Shown here: piece by piece, positions 1 to 8,757 of the stretch | How the letters are laid out: the number at the start of each line of letters is the position of its first letter | Position numbering within the stretch: the first letter of the stretch is position 1 | NCBI GenBank assembly: GCA_964342815.1 | Contig: CAYFHS010000001.1 | Location: 1 to 64,000, forward strand | Origin: an uncultured archaeon | GTDB lineage: Archaea; Thermoplasmatota; Penumbrarchaeia; JASLWR01 | Direction of reading: 5' to 3' | DNA length: 64,000 bases | Translations under genes and position numbers: made by a program | Notes under the pieces: model-generated | Database searches by the model: none | The model's input: only the letters and a program-made list of their open reading frames with translations | What the model was told of the DNA's origin: nothing

Positions 1-350
1 CGCGTTATACTACGCAATACCTTCGGCATTGCTGCGCCCTCGGGAAGTGTCCCTGCGGGCTCGTCTGGCATGACAGGTTTCGCTGAATCATCGATACTTG
101 ATGGATCAGAGATTCATCTGTACCCTCGGGAGGTATCCCTACGGGTTCATCTGACTTGCCAAGTAGCGATGCATCCGAGGATGCATCTAATTTGCCAGGT
201 GGTAACCTGTCAAACCGTAACTTGGCAAGCCGTTACCTGTCATAGTTCGCTGAATCGCGGCCCGTAGGAAACATTTTGTTTCCGAGGGCTCAGGCATATC
301 TATTTGATGAGCCGGAATGTAATGGGAGCCCAAAGGGGTTTCCTGTGGAT
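1..350. other. Densely structured non-coding element (REP/MITE-like repeat or structured RNA), probably truncated by the window edge
   Basis: Hairpins gatgcatc-cgag-gatgcatc (168-187) and ggaaac/gtttcc (267-283); long-range pairs cttgccaagt 155-164 / acttggcaag 220-229 and atgacaggt 70-78 / acctgtcat 235-243; several ccctNcggg/ccttcgg mini-hairpins; no convincing ORF. Confidence 0.45.
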
Positions 351-375
351 GGAAGATAATCGAAAGCAGTGAGGA

Positions 376-1098
376 ATGGGTAAAATGCTGGAAATCGAAA
401 TATTGAACGGTATTGGAATATCCGATGAGATAAAGAGACGAGCATCGGAAATATACATTGATGCATGGAAAACAAAACTTGTAGAAGAGTACAAAACAAC
501 TTCCGATAGTGAAATATTGGAAATGGCTTATCATCAACTGGAAACAAGGGTCAGGACGTACCCGAAGGGTCAGCTCTTTGCCCTCTGTGACGGGAAATTT
601 ATCGGTTCCATCAACACTCTCAAGGTGAAACCCGCCCTGGAATACCTCTCCAGAGGCTGGGAAATTGTAACCGGTGACATCCGCAGGGTGAATGGTGTCC
701 TTCGATACGAATACCCCCATGATCACGAGGGCTCGTACATATTGTGCATAGCGATACAGACGGACAAGAGCGCCGGTATAAGGGGTGCCGCAAGGAAGAT
801 ACTCAAGAGGGTTGCCGGCCTGAAGTCGGAATGGGACAAGGGTATCATCACATACTCCACGTTGATGGGTTATGATGAATGGTTCGAGAAATATATCGCC
901 GAAAACCCCGATTCCCCACATGGTACGAGGGATTCCATTCCCAATCTGAAGGTATATGCTCAGCAGCACGTTGTCGTTTCCTTTCACAAACACCTGGGAG
1001 CGAAAATGGGGTCGATTCTCCCGAAAGCGAGGGGGAAGGACCCCGTGATATTGATGGTTTACAAACATCCCCACAGGGTGATGGTAGAGGACGAATGA
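376..1098 (+). CDS. GNAT-like N-acetyltransferase (YkwB-like)
   Basis: YPKGQLFALCDGKFIGSI, HDHEGSYILCIAI, GIRGAARKIL and FHKHLG segments fit this GNAT subfamily pattern; GAGG SD upstream. Confidence 0.6.
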   Translation: MGKMLEIEILNGIGISDEIKRRASEIYIDAWKTKLVEEYKTTSDSEILEMAYHQLETRVRTYPKGQLFALCDGKFIGSINTLKVKPALEYLSRGWEIVTGDIRRVNGVLRYEYPHDHEGSYILCIAIQTDKSAGIRGAARKILKRVAGLKSEWDKGIITYSTLMGYDEWFEKYIAENPDSPHGTRDSIPNLKVYAQQHVVVSFHKHLGAKMGSILPKARGKDPVILMVYKHPHRVMVEDE

Positions 1099-1371
1099 GA
1101 TGTGTAGGGCTCTAATAATCATTTACAAAGACAAGCTTTTTTGAATCCCCGATTCCTCCAAGTTCTATTCCGGAGATCTTATCAAGAATGAGTACTACAA
1201 GGTGAGGATGCTAGGAGATTTGGCACGTTTCGGGACAACAGTAGGCTTACGCCTGTTGTGTGTTTTTCGTAGACTGTGTCTTCTCTATCTTCTCGCCTAT
1301 ACAAAAACGATATCGAGGCGTAGCGACATCCGCCTTACCAGTTCGCATGCGACGGCCGATTCTTGCTTCTT

Positions 1372-4191
1372 CTACCTACGTTTGAAAAAGGCAACCAATA
1401 TCACCAATACAACTACGACTATTATTACCACAACTATGTTTTGTCTCAGCATTTCGACTATGTCCAGCGGTTCATCCGGTTCATCCAGTTCGTCGTCGGG
1501 AGGTGCAATTTGAACGTGAAAATCGAATCCGGACAGATCGGTGTAGAGGTCCTCGTAGCCGTCCATGGTGGCCCATATGCTCACCGTCCCCGTAGCATCG
1601 TCATTGGGCGGAATTATCGTCATTACAATTTCTATCTCCTCTCCTGCAGAAATATTTAACGGAGTTTCCATCACTGTCCCTTTCAGGGTGGAAGGCCTGC
1701 AGAAATCCACCACCCACCCCGTATCGGGAGCTGTGGCGTACAACGTCATGGAAACCATTTTGCCCGTGGGATTGCTGATAGTCAGATCGGTGCTGTAGGG
1801 GCTGGTTGGGAAAACGGCATTGAAATTCCTCTGGGCGATATTGTTGTTGTTCCTCACGTTGAACTGGTTGCTGAAGGGTTCGAATCCCGGCCGCCATGCC
1901 TGGGCGTACACACATATATGTTCCGAAAATGCCTCTGGAATGTACCATTCGAAAGTAACTGTTTCTTCGCCGCCCGGCGGAATGTTTTCAATGCTTTCGG
2001 GCCCCATGGACGGTAGTTCGAGTACGTTGTTGAAGGGGCTCCATTCGGTAAACCATGTCTGCACCAGCACCCGACCCGAATCGGTGGTCCCGTGGTTGCG
2101 CACCTTCACGTTCAAAGTGTTCGTTTTACCGAGTTCAGGGGGGTCCGGGGTGGACCATATATCGGGGGATGTATGAACCTTGCCGGTAGGAGACGTGATT
2201 CCGTCATCCGTATCCGAGGTCTTGATCCAGATCAGGTCCCCAGGAGCTTCTGTGATGGCGATGCTGAAGGTGTTGGAGAAGCGGATGAAATCTAGGCCCA
2301 GGATGTTGTAGGTACTGTTTATTCTGAGTATTTCCGAGATGAACGCGGCACTGTCGGTGGCGGTGATGGTCAGGGTGGCCTGGAACGGCGGGATTCCCGA
2401 GATTGGATTAATAACGGTTGCGAGGTCCGGGTTCAGTGGATACATGTCGTCGAGTTTTAGATCGACATTTTGACCCGGGCCCTGAACCAAGTCCAACGTG
2501 ATGGTATAGGCTATCGAACCGCCCTGGACGATGGTCTGGGTAGATGGAGTCACCTCAATGGTGTATCGGAACGAGCCGTTCTCGACGCATTGAGATGCGT
2601 TGACCTTTCCGTAACCGAAATTATTATCTTGACCCACCGCTCCCAGATCATCGGCAGTGCTCTGTAGAAGATATCGAAGTTCGTCCCTGTCAAGCTCGGG
2701 ATTCCTGATCCAGGTGAGCGCTGCTACTCCGGCTACGTGGGGGGTAGACATTGAAGTACCGCTCATATAAGCGATGGTGGTATGGGTTTCATTTGCATTG
2801 AATGCGACCAACTGGTTGGCGACATCAGGATGACCCAATAATACCGTAGATCCGTACGGGAATGATACCGCCCCGACGTTGAAGCGAGTCAATCTCATGT
2901 CACCAACAGACACGAAATTATCGGCGTCCAGGTCCAAATAGATCCGCTCCCCGTTGTCGTATTCATTGTTAGCGTTTATGTTCTCGGTATGCAATTCATT
3001 TGTATTGAAGTTCATCAGGTTCCACGGGGCATCCTCGTCAGTATCGTTGTTGACCACCAGGGTATTTGCCAGTAGGGCTGTTCCCGGAATTGGATTAAGT
3101 CTTTCATCATTTGCCGATACTTGATTATTCGTATCGTCATCCCGATAGATTATTTCCCTCGCACTATACCGTTGGGACAAACCCAAACTGATGATATTCA
3201 CCCCTGGAGCTGCAAGTTCCTGCTGGGGGCCCACATTTGAAAATCCCGCTAGATTATCATTCTGGTCAATTGCTCCCACGGCTATTACCTCAGAATACCT
3301 GGCGGGATATGATATTGGTCCACCCCCATCATTGCCTGAAGCAGCTACAAGGAGTCGACCGTGATCGTAGGCAAATTCAATGGAATCTCTGAGAAAGTCA
3401 CCATCAGCATTACCACCCAGGCTCATGCTTATTACCTTTGCCTCCTTGACAACGGCGTGGACGATGCCTTTTCCCCACTGCCAGTATGTTCCGCTGTTAG
3501 TTGAATCCAGGACTTTTTCGGCGAATATTTTTACCTGCCATGCCATCCCTGTCATGGCTACATTATTGTTTCCGATAGCCCCGATGATTCCCGTACAATG
3601 GGTACCGTGACCATGATCATCCATGGGGTCGTCATCATCGTTCACCCAATCATAACCCACGGCCAGGTAATTATCCTTCAGATCGGGGTGGTTGTAATCA
3701 ATGCCTGAATCCAAGACTGCCACCCTGAAGGTTGGCGAACCCGTCACATTATCCCAGGTAATTGGCGCACCGATCGATTCCGGCCCGTATTGGATCGGCC
3801 AGCTGGGATCATTCGGAACTTCGGATCCATACGCGATGTGATTGCGGCATATATATTTGACATTGGTATCGGATGCAATTTCGTAAAAGGTCTCGTTGTC
3901 AACATTACTGTAAAGGGCTGCTGAAAGTTTTTGTTCGGTATCCAATAAAGTGATACCGTATTTTACGGCAATGTCGTTTACGATCTTTGTGTTCGAAAAG
4001 GCCATGGGACCGTAGAATCCGATAATTGCCTCACCTTCAACATATCCGTCTGTAGTATTGGCACTTGACACATCTCCCTTCGCTGTGAAGGTCAGATTTA
4101 ACTCTGGCGCTACCTTTTCTGTTACTTGCATTACAAAAACAGGAATAATTATCGCGACACATAAGACTATACTAAGCATCTTTATTTTCAT
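1372..4191 (-). CDS. Membrane-anchored S8 (subtilisin/thermitase-like) serine peptidase with Ig/CARDB-like domains and C-terminal TM
   Basis: Triad motifs VAVLDSG, HGTHCTG, GTSMSTPHVAG; oxyanion AASGN; signal peptide MKIKMLSIVLC after GGAGGT SD (start moved to 4191); C-terminal hydrophobic helix followed by KRR. Confidence 0.93.
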   Translation of the reverse strand: MKIKMLSIVLCVAIIIPVFVMQVTEKVAPELNLTFTAKGDVSSANTTDGYVEGEAIIGFYGPMAFSNTKIVNDIAVKYGITLLDTEQKLSAALYSNVDNETFYEIASDTNVKYICRNHIAYGSEVPNDPSWPIQYGPESIGAPITWDNVTGSPTFRVAVLDSGIDYNHPDLKDNYLAVGYDWVNDDDDPMDDHGHGTHCTGIIGAIGNNNVAMTGMAWQVKIFAEKVLDSTNSGTYWQWGKGIVHAVVKEAKVISMSLGGNADGDFLRDSIEFAYDHGRLLVAASGNDGGGPISYPARYSEVIAVGAIDQNDNLAGFSNVGPQQELAAPGVNIISLGLSQRYSAREIIYRDDDTNNQVSANDERLNPIPGTALLANTLVVNNDTDEDAPWNLMNFNTNELHTENINANNEYDNGERIYLDLDADNFVSVGDMRLTRFNVGAVSFPYGSTVLLGHPDVANQLVAFNANETHTTIAYMSGTSMSTPHVAGVAALTWIRNPELDRDELRYLLQSTADDLGAVGQDNNFGYGKVNASQCVENGSFRYTIEVTPSTQTIVQGGSIAYTITLDLVQGPGQNVDLKLDDMYPLNPDLATVINPISGIPPFQATLTITATDSAAFISEILRINSTYNILGLDFIRFSNTFSIAITEAPGDLIWIKTSDTDDGITSPTGKVHTSPDIWSTPDPPELGKTNTLNVKVRNHGTTDSGRVLVQTWFTEWSPFNNVLELPSMGPESIENIPPGGEETVTFEWYIPEAFSEHICVYAQAWRPGFEPFSNQFNVRNNNNIAQRNFNAVFPTSPYSTDLTISNPTGKMVSMTLYATAPDTGWVVDFCRPSTLKGTVMETPLNISAGEEIEIVMTIIPPNDDATGTVSIWATMDGYEDLYTDLSGFDFHVQIAPPDDELDEPDEPLDIVEMLRQNIVVVIIVVVVLVILVAFFKRR

Positions 4192-4406
4192 GTTATTACC
4201 TCCTATAATCCGCCTTCCGAGAATTCCCCCCAAGAACCGTAGCATCCAATCATTATGATTATTTATAATTTTGGTTCTGCTCATATTCAAATCATATTTT
4301 ATGGGGAAGAATGGACGCTTTTTTGAATCCCGAATCCTTTCGACATCTCCTCCGGAACGCGATTCATCCCTTGGAAATGATTTATTGAACACGAATATTG
4401 ACTCAG

Positions 4407-5792
4407 TCACACATTCATTATCAACAGAATAACCGGCAGCAGCAGGCACCCCATTGCGTGTGACCTCCTGACGCCCAGCCTGATGGGCAGCATTCCTATT
4501 ACCGTCCCAACACCCAGTATAACAAGGCCGATCCAACCCGTAAAAACAAAAACCATAGCAATGATGAAAATAATAATTCCTTTCACGAGTTTTTTGTACG
4601 ATATACGGTGAAAGTGCTTTGCTGCGAGCTTTCCGATGGCCGAGGTCGTGATAAACGCAGTGCAGGATGCCACGAGCACCGCAACCAGTAGATACAGAAG
4701 CGATTCAGGTAGCAGTAGGGCTTCCCATTGGGCTACCGGTATCAGCTGATTAATCACTATTGCCGCGCCCGAGCGTGGCCGAAGGATAAGGAAAAGGGCC
4801 ACGAGAACAAAAAGACTATTGGCAGTGTTGATCGCACTCAATGTTACAATAACCTGTTTCTTCTCCGTATCCTTTCGGAATATCATGGCCATGATGGTGG
4901 CGATACCCGATGTCATGCCAGGCAGAAATCCAACTATGCTGCCGGCAAGAGTACCTGAAAAGATGGATCCACCAGTACTTTTTATTGGTACATTTGGCTC
5001 CGTTATCACCTGGGCGGGTGCACTCTCGTCCGCGGAAAGCGAATCGAAAAGGGTGGAAAGGCCGAATATTCCCGACAGCATGGGAAACAGCACTGCGGGA
5101 GGCATCATGGAGCCGGGCAGTATCCAGGGTGCCGGCCAGAAAAAAGGCTTGAAATAGTCCATGGAAAGGACTGTATACCCGAAGATGCCCGCCACGAAGA
5201 ACACTAAGAGGGCGAGAGCTATCCCGAGAGCCCTGGATTTCTTTTTCCGCCCGCCTTTCCTGTACTGGACCTCCCTGGTTTCCGTTATTATCAGTATGGC
5301 AAAGATTCCCACAAGGATGTAGATCATGTATTCTTTAAGGTAGCTGTAGCCCATTACCGGCTCACCGATAACCAATCTGAAAGGAAGGATTAGAAGAAAC
5401 GCCACCATGATAGCACCCATGGAACCCATTGCGGACAGCTTCACCGCCTCGTATCCCTTTCCATCAAGTAACATTTCGTGAGCCGGAAGCACGCTCAATG
5501 CGGTATCCGGGTCAGGAGCGCCCAGGAACGTGGATGGAATGAAATCGTGAAAGGTATGGGAGATGGAGATGGAGACCACCACGGCGGCAAGGAGTAGCGA
5601 AATAAAAACGACTCCCAGTGTATCGCCAAAAAGCGACGTCAGCCCTGCCATGATCACACCGGAAAGCGACAGGAGTATGATGGAGAGATTATTTACATGG
5701 AGGCCGGGGATCAGCCCTGTGATGATACCCAGGCCTGCGCCTATCAGCGAGAACAGAATAACGAGAAGTAGAATGGTAAGGCCGGCTCCCAG
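4407..5792 (-). CDS. TctA-like (tripartite tricarboxylate transporter permease / DUF112) membrane protein
   Basis: GLIPGLHVN (upstream of the ORF-track start), FLGAPDPD..LPAHEMLLDGKG, GFLPG, LGVRRSHAMGCLL; start is a CTG at 5792 or the 5' end is frameshifted (see findings). Confidence 0.8.
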   Translation of the reverse strand: MGAGLTILLLVILFSLIGAGLGIITGLIPGLHVNNLSIILLSLSGVIMAGLTSLFGDTLGVVFISLLLAAVVVSISISHTFHDFIPSTFLGAPDPDTALSVLPAHEMLLDGKGYEAVKLSAMGSMGAIMVAFLLILPFRLVIGEPVMGYSYLKEYMIYILVGIFAILIITETREVQYRKGGRKKKSRALGIALALLVFFVAGIFGYTVLSMDYFKPFFWPAPWILPGSMMPPAVLFPMLSGIFGLSTLFDSLSADESAPAQVITEPNVPIKSTGGSIFSGTLAGSIVGFLPGMTSGIATIMAMIFRKDTEKKQVIVTLSAINTANSLFVLVALFLILRPRSGAAIVINQLIPVAQWEALLLPESLLYLLVAVLVASCTAFITTSAIGKLAAKHFHRISYKKLVKGIIIFIIAMVFVFTGWIGLVILGVGTVIGMLPIRLGVRRSHAMGCLLLPVILLIMNV

Positions 5793-6011
5793 AGGTCTTC
5801 TCTCCTAATCGCCATAATTGGTAAAAGGATAATCCGATAACCATATCTATTCTCGTTCTATTTAAATAATCCGAAAAGTTTAAGGTAATGTTCTAAATGA
5901 CTAAAAAGAAGCTTGGTTGGCGAAAAGGTATACATTCTGTAGACAAGGTCCCAGAAGAACTCTCTGATTTTTTCCCATCGCTTCTTGGTTTTTTTTGTAG
6001 GCGGCTACTGT

Positions 6012-8546
6012 TCAGGATTCCGGGAGTACTTCAACTTTCCCGGGTACTTCCTTATCGTTGTGGTACTCATCATCGGCGTCCTCCTCTTTGAGAGCTTCCA
6101 TATCATCGCCAAACTCCCCGCCGATATTCTCTTCCGATCTTTCCAATTCGATATCGACCCCGGTCGCCTCGGGCTTCTTCTTTTTCACGAGAAGAACTAT
6201 CATTACTATGACAATTAACGCTACCATGATGATGATAATGGCCCATACGAAAATGTTACCTTCTTCCTCAGCATTCCAAATGAGATCATCCTGATCATTT
6301 GGATCGATGGTTTTGGTTTTACCCATGTGTTCCACTGTAACAATCGCATCTGTTGGTATTGACGGCCAAGGCATATTTGTAAACGTTGCTATTCCCGTTG
6401 CAGTATCGGACGGCATGACCCATCTAACGTTACTCCACTTTATTGTTATTCTCACATTGGATAATATTTTTTTGTCCTCGTCCATAAATGGGCCCACCGG
6501 TATTGTATATGTGACCGGATGCAAGGTCACAGTACCGATATTCACATTTTTGGATTCATTTATATTGACCGTTTTCGTATGAGTTATATATCCTACAGCA
6601 CTGAATGTCAAGATAACTTTTGAGTCGTTTGACAAGCCTCTTACCTCGAACATTCCGGTAAAATTATCCACATTTACAATGTTATTGCCCTGCTTGACAG
6701 TTGCGAATTCCGGGACTACCTTGCCCGTGATCTTGAATGTGGGTATCACAGGTTCTTTCTTTATCAGGACAAAATCCCTTGTAACCGCAAGATGTATGAG
6801 ATCGATGGTGAAGCTTCCTTCGGGAACATCATGATGGCCATCATGTTCAACGTAGATATTATAGTTATTGAAGGCCAATGTCTTTGTATATCTGCCGTTA
6901 CCGGTAGTTATATTGAACCAGTGCGTAATGTTATCGTAAGCAGTTATTGTGTTCTCGTGCATTATTTTGATTACTTGTACGTAGTAGATAATAACCTTCG
7001 CTTCTGAGATGTTCAATAGCTCACTGCCGGTTCCAGAGGTAACCATACCGGAGATTACGCCTGAAGTTGGTAGTGCAGCCTTAACCGTGAATTCGACAGG
7101 AGTTGTGATCACTGGATCAAGTACCGGATCATTTGCCTTGAAAGTGTACCGGTAGGTCATATTAACTAGTGTGTCTATGGTATAGGTGAAGTTCACACCG
7201 TCGGTCCAGTTATCGCCCGTTATCTTCATACGAACGAAGATTCCTTCTTCCCAGGACCATTTTGTCATATCTTTATCCGTATCATTCCAGGCATCCAACC
7301 TGATCCTTACGTCCCCTATATCTCCATCGGTATCATAGTAAATCACTTTGATAACTATTTCATTACCAACGCGGGCATCTATAAAACCGGTCTGATCAAC
7401 CAGTGTTGGTGCGGTGTAGACTATTGGCGCTTTCCACAGATCCAAGGTAAAGTTAATGGTTACGTAATCATTGTTGCCGAGAAGGTTAAATGTCCAGTTC
7501 GGAGAATCTTCATATCCCGTGGCATTGACGGATATTTCGTATTCCCCCAAGGGAAGTTCAATAGAATATTCTCCGCTTCCATCGGCGGTATCGTTGAACC
7601 AATTGCCCGTAGCGTTTAATATGGTAAGATTTGCTCCGCCGACGTTCTCCCCGTGGGCATCCTTCACCCTGCCATTTACCGTGCCGTGAAAGACCCGTAC
7701 CGAGAAGTTTTCCCATACGGTATCCCCATCATGATCGAAGGTAACAGTAATTGTGTATTCACCATCTTCTTCCATCAACAGCGTTAAGGTGTGGTTGTGC
7801 TCGTCCATATCGTAAATGTGTTCCAATAAACCCGTGGAAATCGATTCACCATAATCCCATTTCCCTGCCTTGGTTATATTAATGTTGTACCCGAAATCAT
7901 GTATCTGATTCCCGGTATTATTCACTATTATCCATGCAGTGAGAATATCGTCTTGCTCAAGAGTGTCGTCAGCGAGGACGATTTCAGCATTATAGGACGT
8001 AATGTTCGCTATGGCCACAGTTATGTTCTCGCCGCCGTAATATACCGAACCGCCAAGACCTGTGCTGTTATAACTCGTGTTAATATGATAAGTTCCTTCT
8101 CTCGAAGGATTCCAGAAGAATGTTAAAAAAGTTAATCCGCCGCACTCATCACAAAGCTCGAGTGATGTGACGTTTTCCTGGACAATAACATTGGTCTCAT
8201 TGCTTATGTTCACTTTCACGGTCACACTCAGATTCCTGCTTTCCAGGTCTTCCATACCCACGAATATCAAATGTGTTTCATTGGCGTATTCACCTGTTGC
8301 AGCGGGGAACGCCGAAATCCCATAATGCATTACCAGCGGTTGGGATTTCTGAACCGCAGTATCAAAGTTCCACGGATCCGGTATTGTGATATTCCTCACA
8401 CTTTCAACATCATCATCGATTTCTATCTTATCCGCACTTTCATCATTTTCCACCACAATTGAGCCGGAACCCATCAACGGAAAAATACTAGAGAGGAGAA
8501 ATGAAGCCAGCATCAGGATGATTAATCGATTCGTAGTCTTTTTCAT
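6012..8546 (-). CDS. Cell-surface glycoprotein-like protein with carboxypeptidase-regulatory-like/Ig domains, TM and acidic tail (paralog of 8758-11778)
   Basis: Signal peptide MKKTTNRLIILM, many N-x-S/T sequons, GTVNGRV..GANLTI..ADGSGEYSIELPLGEYEISVNATGY repeat type, TM followed by KKKKPE. Confidence 0.8.
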   Translation of the reverse strand: MKKTTNRLIILMLASFLLSSIFPLMGSGSIVVENDESADKIEIDDDVESVRNITIPDPWNFDTAVQKSQPLVMHYGISAFPAATGEYANETHLIFVGMEDLESRNLSVTVKVNISNETNVIVQENVTSLELCDECGGLTFLTFFWNPSREGTYHINTSYNSTGLGGSVYYGGENITVAIANITSYNAEIVLADDTLEQDDILTAWIIVNNTGNQIHDFGYNINITKAGKWDYGESISTGLLEHIYDMDEHNHTLTLLMEEDGEYTITVTFDHDGDTVWENFSVRVFHGTVNGRVKDAHGENVGGANLTILNATGNWFNDTADGSGEYSIELPLGEYEISVNATGYEDSPNWTFNLLGNNDYVTINFTLDLWKAPIVYTAPTLVDQTGFIDARVGNEIVIKVIYYDTDGDIGDVRIRLDAWNDTDKDMTKWSWEEGIFVRMKITGDNWTDGVNFTYTIDTLVNMTYRYTFKANDPVLDPVITTPVEFTVKAALPTSGVISGMVTSGTGSELLNISEAKVIIYYVQVIKIMHENTITAYDNITHWFNITTGNGRYTKTLAFNNYNIYVEHDGHHDVPEGSFTIDLIHLAVTRDFVLIKKEPVIPTFKITGKVVPEFATVKQGNNIVNVDNFTGMFEVRGLSNDSKVILTFSAVGYITHTKTVNINESKNVNIGTVTLHPVTYTIPVGPFMDEDKKILSNVRITIKWSNVRWVMPSDTATGIATFTNMPWPSIPTDAIVTVEHMGKTKTIDPNDQDDLIWNAEEEGNIFVWAIIIIMVALIVIVMIVLLVKKKKPEATGVDIELERSEENIGGEFGDDMEALKEEDADDEYHNDKEVPGKVEVLPES

Positions 8547-8722
8547 TTTACCATACCATTTAAAATTATTGCGTATTTCACAATACTGCCAATAGATGAT
8601 AATTGATAAGTAATTACCTCTTAGATATGTCAATCCAACAAATTAATGGAAAATATCTACTGCGATATGATAACGAGATGGAAATCAAAATAAGAGTTTC
8701 ACTTAAGGAATAGAAAATATGG

Positions 8723-8748
8723 AAAAAAAAATAAAAAAAAAATAAAAA
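8723..8748 (-). terminator. Oligo(T) terminator after the 8758-11778 gene
   Basis: About 24 T of 26 nt on the minus strand, 10 nt after the stop codon; archaeal intrinsic terminators are oligo-U. Confidence 0.6.
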
Positions 8749-8757
8749 GACGACGAC

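Noticed and set aside
70-1122. ORF-track ORFs 70-267 (+) and 187-1122 (-)
   Set aside because: Shadow of the GNAT gene plus read-through into the structured non-coding block; no recognisable domain or SD
1202-1371. ORF 1202-1513 and hairpin acaacag/ctgttgt (1235-1259)
   Set aside because: The ORF overlaps the S8 3' end antisense with no homology cues; the hairpin is most simply a terminator-region structure between convergent genes
1876-1896. GGGTTCGAATCCCGGCCGCCA looks like a tRNA T-arm plus acceptor end
   Set aside because: No D-arm, anticodon arm or matching 5' acceptor strand; it lies inside the S8 CDS (WRPGFEPF on the minus strand)
4192-4536. 115-aa N-terminal extension of the S8 ORF (similar extensions at 8633, 38505, 45357, 54360)
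   Set aside because: A downstream ATG with a signal peptide or family N-terminus, in some cases with a strong SD, is the better start; the extensions overlap neighbouring genes or promoters
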